DNA of 23,577 nucleotides from a virus (Duplodnaviria; Heunggongvirae; Uroviricota; Caudoviricetes): IMG/VR virus record IMGVR_UViG_2684622582_000006, positions 1 to 23,577 of that record; one strand, 5' to 3'. Shown piece by piece: positions 15,617 to 23,577 of this stretch (position 1 is its first letter; each line of letters starts with the position of its first letter). The notes under the pieces were generated by a model. It saw only the letters and a program-made list of their open reading frames with translations, ran no database searches and was not told where the DNA came from. The position numbers and the translations under genes were made by a program.

Positions 15617-15636
15617 TACCTTCCCTTTTTTCATAG

Positions 15637-15665
15637 AACCGCTTCGCATCAAAGCGGTTTTTTTA
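15637..15665 (+). terminator. rho-independent terminator after toxin gene
   Basis: AACCGCTT-cgcatca-AAGCGGTT followed by TTTTTTT. Confidence 0.6.
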
Positions 15666-15690
15666 CCACACAAAACTAACTTTATAGGTG

Positions 15691-15719
15691 TTGACATTGT
15701 AACTTTTAAAGTGCATTCT
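15691..15719 (+). promoter_or_regulatory. PL-like promoter with operator palindrome
   Basis: TTGACA (-35) followed by 17 nt containing ACTTTTAAAGT (identical to the OR 11-mer), then a weak -10 (CATTCT). Confidence 0.4.
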
Positions 15720-15904
15720 TTGTTTCACCACCCCACCCCGCCCCACAGAACGCAGGGCAATACTTCGAGTTACCAGGCAGTGGTCAGGGGTTAAGTAGCC
15801 AGCCCGAGGCGTAAGAACATGACGGCGGGATAACGAATAACATTGAGTAGCAGCGCAGCAGGTTTTTGTTCCGCCACCCGGCGTTAAGGGGAAATGAGGT
15901 CAAC

Positions 15905-16057
15905 ATGGATACTATCGATCTTGGCAACAACAAATCTCTGGTATGTGGCGTGTTTCCAAACCAGGACGGTACGTTCACCGCGATGACGTATACCAGAAGC
16001 AAAACGTTTAAAACCGAATCTGGCGCGCGTCGCTGGCTTGCCAGAAATACTTACTAA
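15905..16057 (+). CDS. YdaF-like small protein (DUF1391-type)
   Basis: 50 aa from ATG with SD GAGG: MDTIDLGNNKSLVCGVFPNQDGTFTAMTYTRSKTFKTESGARRWLARNTY; resembles Rac YdaF as recalled. Confidence 0.55.
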   Translation: MDTIDLGNNKSLVCGVFPNQDGTFTAMTYTRSKTFKTESGARRWLARNTY

Positions 16058-16476
16058 TCCATTATTTGGATTAATTCAATATTCTCGCTGTAGGAGTATA
16101 GCCGAGACCACCGAAGCCCGGAGGTGGTGAAATAAAGCCGGGCACAACACGAAGGCGCACTTCCGGTATCCATAAAGAGTCGGTCTTGTCTGTTAAATTT
16201 AAATGGTGGGAGTGCACCTCCGGTTGTAAATAACGACATTGCTGTGTGTAGTACCTGTTGGCGGCATCGGTTTAATTGCTGGCTGATGCTCGCCCTTTTT
16301 AAAGTGAATTTTGTGATGCGGTGAATGCGGCTAAGCGCACGCGGAACAGTTAAAACAGTAAAGGCAGTCTTTTTACTAGTGTAACGAGAATCCATTAGTG
16401 ATCCGGCGTTAATTGTTAACTGGTTAACGTCACCTGGAGGCACCAGGCACCGCATCAACAAAGCTCATTTGTAAAA
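16058..16476 (+). other. ORF-free ~420 bp stretch with hairpin potential at the position where Rac carries sieB; candidate ncRNA or decayed gene
   Basis: All three plus frames are interrupted by stops; several complementary segments (ACCACC...GGTGGT; CCGGAGGTG...CACCTCCGG). Confidence 0.3.
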
Positions 16477-16488
16477 ATGGAGGTAATT

Positions 16489-16710
16489 ATGATTGCCCAT
16501 CACTTTGGAACTGATGAAATTCCACGTCAGTGTGTGACTCCCGGTGATTATGTTCTTCATGAAGGCCGTACATATATTGCTTCTGCGAACAATATTGAAA
16601 AGCGTAAGCTTTATATTCGTAGCCTGACCACAAAAACATGCATTTCTGACTGCATGATTAAAGTCTTCCTCGGTCGTGATGGTTTACCCGTAAAGGCAGA
16701 GTCATGGTGA
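16489..16710 (+). CDS. kilR: KilR-like cell-division inhibitor
   Basis: 73 aa [50 protein letters not shown]... with SD GGAGG 5 nt upstream; matches recalled Rac KilR in sequence and length. Confidence 0.75.
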   Translation: MIAHHFGTDEIPRQCVTPGDYVLHEGRTYIASANNIEKRKLYIRSLTTKTCISDCMIKVFLGRDGLPVKAESW

Positions 16711-16880
16711 TGGATAAGAAAATAAAATGTGCTTATCACCTTTGCAATAAAGATGTTGAAGAAAGCAAAGCGATTGAACGAATTCTTCACTTCATGCACG
16801 GGACTTTATCAAAAAACGAAGCGAGAAAATATTGCAGTGAAGCTTGTGCCGAAAAAGACCAGATGGCACACGAACTTTAA
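16710..16880 (+). CDS. ydaE: YdaE-like small Cys-rich (metal-binding) protein, not in ORF track
   Basis: Own translation [56 protein letters not shown] (56 aa); start overlaps kilR stop (TGATG). Confidence 0.7.
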   Translation: MDKKIKCAYHLCNKDVEESKAIERILHFMHGTLSKNEARKYCSEACAEKDQMAHEL

Positions 16881-16954
16881 TTAACTGACTATTTGAAACT
16901 GAATTTATGCCAGCAATGGCAGGGATTCGCTCAACCTTAATTAAGGAGAAAAAC

Positions 16955-17230
16955 ATGATTACCAGTTATGAAGCCACTGTTGTTACTACTGATGACATTG
17001 TTCACGAAGTTAGCCTGGAAGGAAAACGCATTGGCTACGTGATTAAAACAGAAAATAAAGAAACCCCATTCACCGTGGTTGATATAGACGGTCCATCAGG
17101 CAACGTAAAAACACTTCACGGAGGTGTCAAAAAAATGTGCCTGGTACACATCATAAAGAATATTCCAGCAGAGAAAAAAGACAGGATTATGGCAACTCTG
17201 ATTGAAATGGAACTAAAAGGTGAAATCTGA
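16955..17230 (+). CDS. racC: RacC-like protein
   Basis: 91 aa from ATG with SD AAGGAGAAAAAC: MITSYEATVVTTDDIVHEVSLEGKRIGYVIKTENKETPFTVVDIDGPSGNVKTLHGG...; resembles Rac RacC as recalled. Confidence 0.7.
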   Translation: MITSYEATVVTTDDIVHEVSLEGKRIGYVIKTENKETPFTVVDIDGPSGNVKTLHGGVKKMCLVHIIKNIPAEKKDRIMATLIEMELKGEI

Positions 17231-17330
17231 ATGGGAAAAAGGCCTGCACTCAGTGCAGGCCTGAGTGAAGAACCTGGGACATTTATTCATCACTCGCAAT
17301 AATTTTAATCTGAGTTGAGGTTAAAAAACA

Positions 17331-20300
17331 ATGAGCACCGATAAACAAGTTTACCCACTGTATTACGAAGCAAAAAATGACAAAGTAAGAAAACGTCTCG
17401 GTATTAAAGGCGGTTTCTACTGGGCTGAAGCGAAAAAATTATCCATTGCCATCTCCCGTGGTGCTGTTGCGATTGACGATGCTGGCTACGATGAAGATGA
17501 CTTTAAAAAACCTGTTCGCGTCAATTTGCCCGTTGTTGATGACCTCCCACCAGAAGGCGTATTTGATACGGAATTCTGCAACCGATACGAAAAAGGCGGG
17601 GAGGATGGCATCACAATGGTATTTATCGCCCCGTCACCCTCTGCGCAGGACAAACCCGCCAGCACTGACAACACCAATGTTAATGGCGAAGACATGACGG
17701 AGATTGAGGAGAATATGCTACTCCCGATTTCTGGCCAGGAGCTGCCCATTCGCTGGCTTGCTCAACACGGCAGCGAAAAACCGGTAACGCACGTTTCACG
17801 CGACGAACTCAAGGCATTACACATTGCACGGGCTGAGGAACTACCAGCTGTTACTGCCCTAGCTGTTTCCCACAAAACCAGCCTGCTCGACCCGCTGGAA
17901 ATTCGCGATCTCCACAAACTGGTGCGTGATACTGACAGAGTTTTCCCTCATCCTGGCAATTCAAGTCTGGGGCTGATGACTGCTTTTTTCGAAGCATACC
18001 TGGACGCAGACTACACCGATCGAGGTCTGCTGACAAAAGAGTGGATGAAAGGAAATCGTGTTTCGCGTATCACGCGCACGGCTTCCGGCGCTAATGCTGG
18101 CGGCGGGAACCTCACCGATCGCGGCGAAGGTTTCGTCCACGATTTGACGTCACTGGCGCGCGATGTAGCCACTGGCGTACTGGCCCGTTCAATGGACGTG
18201 GACATCTATAACCTTCATCCGGCACACGCTAAACGCATTGAGGAAATTATCGCTGAAAATAAACCGCCCTTTTCTGTTTTCCGCGACAAATTCATCACCA
18301 TGCCTGGCGGGCTGGATTATTCCCGCGCCATCGTGGTTGCGTCCGTAAAAGAAGCACCAATTGGGATCGAGGTCATCCCCGCACACGTCACTGAATATCT
18401 GAACAAAGTACTGACTGAAACCGATCATGCCAACCCTGATCCGGAAATCGTGGATATTGCCTGCGGTCGCGCCTCTGCCCCGATGCCGCAGCGTGTAACA
18501 GAAGAAGAAAAACAGGATGATGAAGAAAAACCGCAACCATCTGGCGCAATGGCACATGAACAGGCAACGGCTGAAACAGTGGAACCGGATGCAGCTGAAC
18601 ATCATCAGAACACGCAGCCGCTGGATGCTCAGTCACAGGTAAACCCTGTTGAAGCGGAATACCAGAAAAAGCGGGCAGAACTCCATGAAGCCAGGGAAAA
18701 CATTCCGCCCAAAAATCCTGTCGATGCAGACAAGTTACTGGCTGCCTCTCGTGGAGAATTTGTTGAAGGAATTAGTGACCCGAATGATCCGAAATGGGTT
18801 AAGGGTATCCAGACCCGCGACTCTGTGAACCAGAATCAGGCAGAAGCGGAACAGAACGACCGAAAATCGGAACAAAACAGCCCAAACGCGTTACAAAACG
18901 AGCCAGAAACGAAACAGCCTGAGCCAGTAGTGCAACAACAGGAAGCGGAGAAAGTTTGCACCGCCTGCGGTCAGACTGGCGGCGGCTACTGCCCTGATTG
19001 TGGCGCGGTGATGGGCGACACAACGTATCAGGAAACCTTTAATGAAGAAAATCTGGAGGAATCTCAGGAAAAAGATCCGGAGGAAATGGAAGGTGCTGAA
19101 CATCAGCACAATGAAAATGCTGGCAGCGATCCGCATCACGATTGCAGTGATGAAACTGGTGAATCGTCAGCTCCTGTAGCAACTGAAATCATGTGGCCGT
19201 CATATTTCGAGCCTGGCCGCTATGAAAACCTCCCGAACGAGGTTTATCACTCCGCCAACGGAATAAGCAGCACGATGCTGAAGGATGCCCGTATCAGCCT
19301 GATGTATTACCACGGGCGGCACATTGCCGGAACTATTCCGAACGAGGAAAGTGATGCACTACTGCGTGGGCGGATCATTCACAGCTATGTTCTGGAAACG
19401 GATAAATTCGCTGATGAATATGCCATTCCGGTACCGGTTCCTGAATATGTGGTTACTACTTCTAACGAACTGATCGCCATCATTAAAAAACACAATAGCA
19501 GTCTGCCAGCACTGATGACACCAGAGCAGATGAAAGAGTGGATCGAAAGCTACAACAGCACTCTTATACAGCCACTGTCTGTAAGTGCTGGGGCCGAAGA
19601 AACAGGCATCCTTTACGGTTCGCTTCCGGTGAAATTTCGGCGTATTCCTGAGGGGGAAAAACACACAGCATCAGCAATGAAAGCCTGTATTAAAGAATAC
19701 AACGCAAGCCTCCCTCCTCTGTTGAAAACCAGTGGAGCACGGGAGCAGCTTCTGGATCAAATTGAAACTGTAGACCCAGAACTGGCAAAAAAAGAACGTG
19801 CTAAATCTTTGCCTTACAACATCAGTGGCACAAAAGAGCAATTAACCGAAATCGCACGGAAAATTCGCCCGGAACTGGTGACGCTGGAGGACTGGCAAAA
19901 ACGCCAGCAAGAAGAAAACGCCGGGAAAACGTTTATCAGTCCGGATATGTATGAACAGGCAAAAAATATTCACGCGGCGCTGCAAAACAATACCGATGCA
20001 GCAAGGCTACTCAACCACCCGGATCGCAAATCTGAAATCAGCTATTTCGGGTTTGATGAAGAAACCGGGCTGGAAATCAGGGTCCGTCCTGATATCGAAA
20101 TCCGGCTGCCATACGAAAGCATCTGCGCTGACGTGAAGTCAGTCAGCCTCGGTTATGTGCGGCAGGAACGACTTAAAGATCGCCTGCACCGTGAAATTAT
20201 TGAGCGTGATTATCACCTCAGCGCCGCAATGTATTGCGATGTGGCAAATCTGGACAAATTTTTCTGGATCTTCGTCAACAAAGATGCTGGCTATCACTGG

Positions 20301-20483
20301 GTGGCAGTCGTGGAAGCCTCGCAGGAACTCCTGGAACTTGGTCGACAGGAATATCGCCGGACGCTACGCCAGATAAACGAAGCCCTAGAGACAAACAACT
20401 GGCCAGCACCGATTACCGAAAGTTATACCGACGAATTAAACGACTTTGATCTTCGTCGTCTTGAAGCACTGCATCTGGCTTAA
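17331..20483 (+). CDS. recE: RecE-like exonuclease VIII (extended, 1050 aa)
   Basis: Long blocks match recalled K-12 RecE ([45 protein letters not shown]..., ...[24 protein letters not shown]...). Longer than the 866-aa K-12 protein; contains a [16 protein letters not shown] Cys4 segment. Confidence 0.85.
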   Translation: MSTDKQVYPLYYEAKNDKVRKRLGIKGGFYWAEAKKLSIAISRGAVAIDDAGYDEDDFKKPVRVNLPVVDDLPPEGVFDTEFCNRYEKGGEDGITMVFIAPSPSAQDKPASTDNTNVNGEDMTEIEENMLLPISGQELPIRWLAQHGSEKPVTHVSRDELKALHIARAEELPAVTALAVSHKTSLLDPLEIRDLHKLVRDTDRVFPHPGNSSLGLMTAFFEAYLDADYTDRGLLTKEWMKGNRVSRITRTASGANAGGGNLTDRGEGFVHDLTSLARDVATGVLARSMDVDIYNLHPAHAKRIEEIIAENKPPFSVFRDKFITMPGGLDYSRAIVVASVKEAPIGIEVIPAHVTEYLNKVLTETDHANPDPEIVDIACGRASAPMPQRVTEEEKQDDEEKPQPSGAMAHEQATAETVEPDAAEHHQNTQPLDAQSQVNPVEAEYQKKRAELHEARENIPPKNPVDADKLLAASRGEFVEGISDPNDPKWVKGIQTRDSVNQNQAEAEQNDRKSEQNSPNALQNEPETKQPEPVVQQQEAEKVCTACGQTGGGYCPDCGAVMGDTTYQETFNEENLEESQEKDPEEMEGAEHQHNENAGSDPHHDCSDETGESSAPVATEIMWPSYFEPGRYENLPNEVYHSANGISSTMLKDARISLMYYHGRHIAGTIPNEESDALLRGRIIHSYVLETDKFADEYAIPVPVPEYVVTTSNELIAIIKKHNSSLPALMTPEQMKEWIESYNSTLIQPLSVSAGAEETGILYGSLPVKFRRIPEGEKHTASAMKACIKEYNASLPPLLKTSGAREQLLDQIETVDPELAKKERAKSLPYNISGTKEQLTEIARKIRPELVTLEDWQKRQQEENAGKTFISPDMYEQAKNIHAALQNNTDAARLLNHPDRKSEISYFGFDEETGLEIRVRPDIEIRLPYESICADVKSVSLGYVRQERLKDRLHREIIERDYHLSAAMYCDVANLDKFFWIFVNKDAGYHWVAVVEASQELLELGRQEYRRTLRQINEALETNNWPAPITESYTDELNDFDLRRLEALHLA

Positions 20484-21586
20484 TGGAGAACCTGACCATG
20501 CAAAATACCAATATCATCACGACAGAGCAGACACCCAATACCATTTCTGCCAGTAACACTATTTTTAACGTTCAGGCGTTGACGCAACTTCAGGCAGTAG
20601 CCGGGTTGATGTCACAGGCCACCGTCACAGTTCCCGATCACCTTCGCGGAAATCCTGCCGACTGCATGGCAATCATCATGCAAGCCATGCAATGGGGCAT
20701 GAACCCCTACGCTGTGGCTCAGAAAACACACCTGGTAAACGGAGTTCTGGGTTATGAAGCACAACTGGTTAACGCTGTGATCTCTAGCTCAAGTGCAATT
20801 GTAGGCCGCTTCCATTACAAGTACGAGGGAGACTGGGAGAAATGCTCTCGCACCCGAGTGGAGACCGTTAAGAAAACGGCCAAAGGAGGCGGAATCTATG
20901 AGAAAAAAGAAACGATCCCATGTTGGACCAGTGAAGATGAGTATGGTCTCTCAGTTCGAGTTGGTGCAGTTCTTCGCGGTGAAAGTGAGATTACCTGGGG
21001 AGAACCGGTGTTTCTTTCCAGCGTGATTACGCGTAATTCTCCTTTATGGACCTCAAACCCGAAACAACAGCTCGCCTATCTGGCGTTGAAATACTGGGCT
21101 CGCCTTTATTGTCCTGACGTCATCCTGGGCGTGTATACCCCAGACGAACTGGAAGAGCCACAGGAAAAAATCATCAATCCTGTGCCGGTACAGAATTATA
21201 GCGAGGTAAGCGAGCAGCGAACAGAAACCATCGGACAGCGTATTGACGAAGCGTGGATTGATGAATTCCGGCAGCGTGTCGAAAGCGCGGCCACGACTGA
21301 GGAAACCACCGCATTACGCCAAGAGATAGAGGCTCAGAAAAACCAGATCGGCGAATTCTTTGCCGAGCTTAAAGGAAAAGTGGTTCGGCGTCATCACCGT
21401 CTCAATGCTATTACCAGTATCGAGAAGATGATAAATGACCTGCCTTCATCAGGTGATCCAGAAGCAGAACAAAAATTTACTGCTCTGGAAAATACGTTGA
21501 ATGCTGCACGACCACATCTGGGTGAATTATATGAGGCGTATAAAACGACACTGACAGATATGAAACCAGAATATATCGGCTCCTGA
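20483..21586 (+). CDS. single-strand annealing protein, Red-beta/RecT superfamily (tentative)
   Basis: N-terminal block GNPADCMAIIMQAMQWGMNPYAVAQKTHL resembles recalled Red-beta (DAQFIALLIVANQYGLNPWTKEIY); sits where recT lies in Rac. Start either TAATG-coupled at 20483 or ATG at ~20498 with SD GGAGAA. Confidence 0.55.
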   Translation: MENLTMQNTNIITTEQTPNTISASNTIFNVQALTQLQAVAGLMSQATVTVPDHLRGNPADCMAIIMQAMQWGMNPYAVAQKTHLVNGVLGYEAQLVNAVISSSSAIVGRFHYKYEGDWEKCSRTRVETVKKTAKGGGIYEKKETIPCWTSEDEYGLSVRVGAVLRGESEITWGEPVFLSSVITRNSPLWTSNPKQQLAYLALKYWARLYCPDVILGVYTPDELEEPQEKIINPVPVQNYSEVSEQRTETIGQRIDEAWIDEFRQRVESAATTEETTALRQEIEAQKNQIGEFFAELKGKVVRRHHRLNAITSIEKMINDLPSSGDPEAEQKFTALENTLNAARPHLGELYEAYKTTLTDMKPEYIGS

Positions 21587-21649
21587 TATTGACTTTGGCG
21601 GTGTAGCCTCACCGCCATCACAAAATTTTATTATATGAGAGAAAAGACA

Positions 21650-21844
21650 ATGCGGTATGAAAAAGTCAAACCATGCCCTTTTTGTGGTTGTCCATCAGTA
21701 ACGGTGAAAGCCATTTCAGGATATTACCGCGCGAAGTGTAACGGATGCGAATCCCGAACCGGCTATGGTGGAAGTGAAAAAGAAGCACTCGAACGATGGA
21801 ATAAACGAAGCACTGGAAATAATAATGGAGGTGTTCATGTATAA
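21650..21844 (+). CDS. ralR: restriction-alleviation protein RalR/Lar-like
   Basis: MRYEKVKPCPFCGCPSVTVKAISGYYRAKCNGCESRTGYGGSEKEALERWNKRSTGNNNGGVHV: Cys4 zinc-ribbon protein matching recalled Rac Lar/RalR; track ORF starts 15 nt upstream. Confidence 0.7.
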   Translation: MRYEKVKPCPFCGCPSVTVKAISGYYRAKCNGCESRTGYGGSEKEALERWNKRSTGNNNGGVHV

Positions 21845-22025
21845 AATTACCGCCACTATTGAAAAGGAAGGTGGCACTCCTACTAACTGGACAAGGTACT
21901 CAAAAACAAAGTTAACCAAATCGGAATGCGAAAAAATGCTCTCGGGGAAAAAAGAAGCAGGCGTTTCCAGAGAGCAGAAAGTAAAACTGATAAATTTTAA
22001 TTGCGAGAAACTTCTGTCCTCGTGA
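21837..22025 (+). CDS. small phage protein, unknown function
   Basis: 62 aa from ATG with SD GGAGG (MYKITATIEKEGGTPTNWTRYSKTKLTKSECEKMLSGKKEAGVSREQKVKLINFNCEKLLSS); overlaps ralR 3' end. Confidence 0.5.
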   Translation: MYKITATIEKEGGTPTNWTRYSKTKLTKSECEKMLSGKKEAGVSREQKVKLINFNCEKLLSS

Positions 22026-22124
22026 ATTGCATTGTATTCAGATTATAACTTCATAGCTGATTATTAATAATCAACATCGGGCGTCAATTTCAGTCTAATA
22101 TTGTCGCCCGCCAGAGGTGATACG

Positions 22125-22340
22125 ATGGCACAAGTGATCTTTAATGAAGAGTGGATGGTTGAATACGGTCTGATGCTTCGTACTGGTCTGGGGGACAGAC
22201 AAATTGAAGCATACCGCCAGAACTGTTGGGTGGAAGGCTTCCACTTCAAACGAGTATCTCCTTTAGGTAAGCCAGATAGCAAGCGAGGGATTATCTGGTA
22301 CAACTATCCGAAGATAAATCAGTTTATCGAAGACTCATGA
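22125..22340 (+). CDS. xis: excisionase (Xis, Rac XisR/YdaQ-like)
   Basis: 71 aa [71 protein letters not shown] with SD GAGGTGA; immediately upstream of int, stop 1 nt before int start. Confidence 0.7.
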   Translation: MAQVIFNEEWMVEYGLMLRTGLGDRQIEAYRQNCWVEGFHFKRVSPLGKPDSKRGIIWYNYPKINQFIEDS

Positions 22341-22341
22341 T

Positions 22342-23577
22342 ATGTCTAAATTACCAACAGGTGTCGAGATTCGGGGTAAATACATTCGCATCTGGTTCAT
22401 GTTTCGAGGAAAACGATGTCGGGAAACATTGAAAGGCTGGGAGGTTACTAACAGTAACATTAAAAAAGCCGGGAATTTAAGAGCGTTGATAGTTCATGAA
22501 ATCAATTCCGGTGAATTTGAGTATTTAAGACGTTTTCCCCAGTCCAGCACTGGGGCAAAAATGGTGACAACGAGGGTCATAAAAACGTTCGGGGAGCTTT
22601 GTGATATCTGGACAAAAATTAAAGAAACAGAGTTAACAACAAACACAATGAAGAAAACGAAATCACAATTAAAAACACTCAGAATAATAATTTGTGAGAG
22701 TACCCCGATATCGCATATTCGTTATAGCGATATCTTAAACTACCGGAATGAACTGCTGCATGGAGAAACGCTTTACTTGGATAATCCAAGATCCAACAAA
22801 AAAGGAAGAACCGTGCGCACAGTTGATAACTATATCGCCCTGCTCTGTTCGTTGTTACGTTTTGCGTATCAGTCGGGATTTATATCAACCAAACCATTTG
22901 AAGGAGTAAAAAAATTACAGAGAAACAGAATAAAGCCTGACCCGTTATCTAAAACAGAATTCAATGCATTAATGGAAAGTGAAAAAGGACAGAGCCAGAA
23001 CTTGTGGAAATTTGCCATTTACTCAGGGCTTCGTCACGGGGAACTGGCTGCTCTGGCGTGGGAGGATGTGGATTTCGAGAAGGGAATTGTGAATGTCAGA
23101 AGAAACCTGACGATACTTGATATGTTCGGTCCCCCAAAAACAAATGCGGGGATCCGGACGGTAACACTACTGCAGCCTGCTCTTGAAGCACTGAAGGAGC
23201 AATACAAACTGACCGGGCATCATCGCAAAAGCGAAATCACTTTTTATCATCGGGAGTACGGCAGAACCGAAAAGCAAAAACTGCATTTTGTTTTCATGCC
23301 CAGAGTGTGTAACGGAAAACAGAAACCTTATTACTCGGTAAGCAGTTTGGGTGCGAGATGGAATGCAGCAGTAAAACGTGCTGGCATTCGCCGCCGTAAT
23401 CCGTACCATACGCGGCATACTTTTGCCTGCTGGCTGTTGACGGCAGGAGCGAACCCGGCGTTTATAGCCAGCCAGATGGGGCATGAAACTGCGCAGATGG
23501 TGTATGAAATTTACGGTATGTGGATTGATGACATGAACGACGAACAGGTAGCCATGTTGAATGCGCGGTTATCGTAG
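22342..23577 (+). CDS. int: tyrosine integrase (lambda Int family)
   Basis: 411 aa; C-terminal catalytic region with ...RHGELAALAWEDVDF..., ...HTRHTFACWLLTAGANP... and ...VYEIYGMWIDD... (R, H-x-x-R and Tyr nucleophile context); stop TAG is the last codon of the window. Confidence 0.9.
   Translation: MSKLPTGVEIRGKYIRIWFMFRGKRCRETLKGWEVTNSNIKKAGNLRALIVHEINSGEFEYLRRFPQSSTGAKMVTTRVIKTFGELCDIWTKIKETELTTNTMKKTKSQLKTLRIIICESTPISHIRYSDILNYRNELLHGETLYLDNPRSNKKGRTVRTVDNYIALLCSLLRFAYQSGFISTKPFEGVKKLQRNRIKPDPLSKTEFNALMESEKGQSQNLWKFAIYSGLRHGELAALAWEDVDFEKGIVNVRRNLTILDMFGPPKTNAGIRTVTLLQPALEALKEQYKLTGHHRKSEITFYHREYGRTEKQKLHFVFMPRVCNGKQKPYYSVSSLGARWNAAVKRAGIRRRNPYHTRHTFACWLLTAGANPAFIASQMGHETAQMVYEIYGMWIDDMNDEQVAMLNARLS

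Noticed and set aside
16054-16461. 135-aa minus-strand ORF across the ORF-free block
   Set aside because: TTG start, no ribosome-binding site, convergent with kilR, Arg/Ser/Leu/Cys-rich composition typical of a spurious frame; kept only as a caveat in the corresponding finding.
17446-19664. Multiple 60-140 aa ORFs on both strands inside recE (for example 17486..17749, 18189..18605, 18388..18636)
   Set aside because: Nested within a well-supported 1050-aa RecE frame; no independent evidence.

Overview
This window reads as the interior of a Rac-like lambdoid prophage from an Escherichia-type host, running from a spanin gene truncated at base 1 to an integrase whose stop codon is the last base (att site expected just beyond). 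The minus strand carries the rightward operon: Cro-like YdaS, YdaT, an iteron-containing replication initiator, a lambda-P-like loader, about 4 kb of small accessory genes (two Ea22-like paralogs, DUF551, acidic mini-proteins), a Type II restriction-modification cassette, YbcO-like protein, a putative Q antiterminator, a tR'-like terminator, an AT-rich membrane-protein moron, four tRNA genes, pinholin, SAR endolysin, two tiny hydrophobic ORFs and Rz/Rz1. The plus strand carries the leftward operon: an HTH repressor co-transcribed with a ParE-type toxin/antitoxin pair at the cI-rex position, a PL-like promoter, YdaF-like, a ~420 bp ORF-free stretch, KilR, YdaE, RacC, RecE, a Red-beta/RecT-like annealase, RalR, Xis and Int. 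The most system-like accessory content is the self-contained R-M cassette, the membrane moron in the Q-to-lysis slot, the toxin-antitoxin module at the rex position, and the ORF-free block where Rac carries sieB. All calls come from reading the sequence and recalled family features; no searches were run. The ORF track uses GTG/TTG as well as ATG starts, so several starts were trimmed to an internal ATG with a Shine-Dalgarno. My own base counting disagreed with the track by 1 nt in two places (near 13000 and 14328), so self-derived coordinates (tRNAs, terminators, ORFs under 60 aa) may be off by 1-3 nt.
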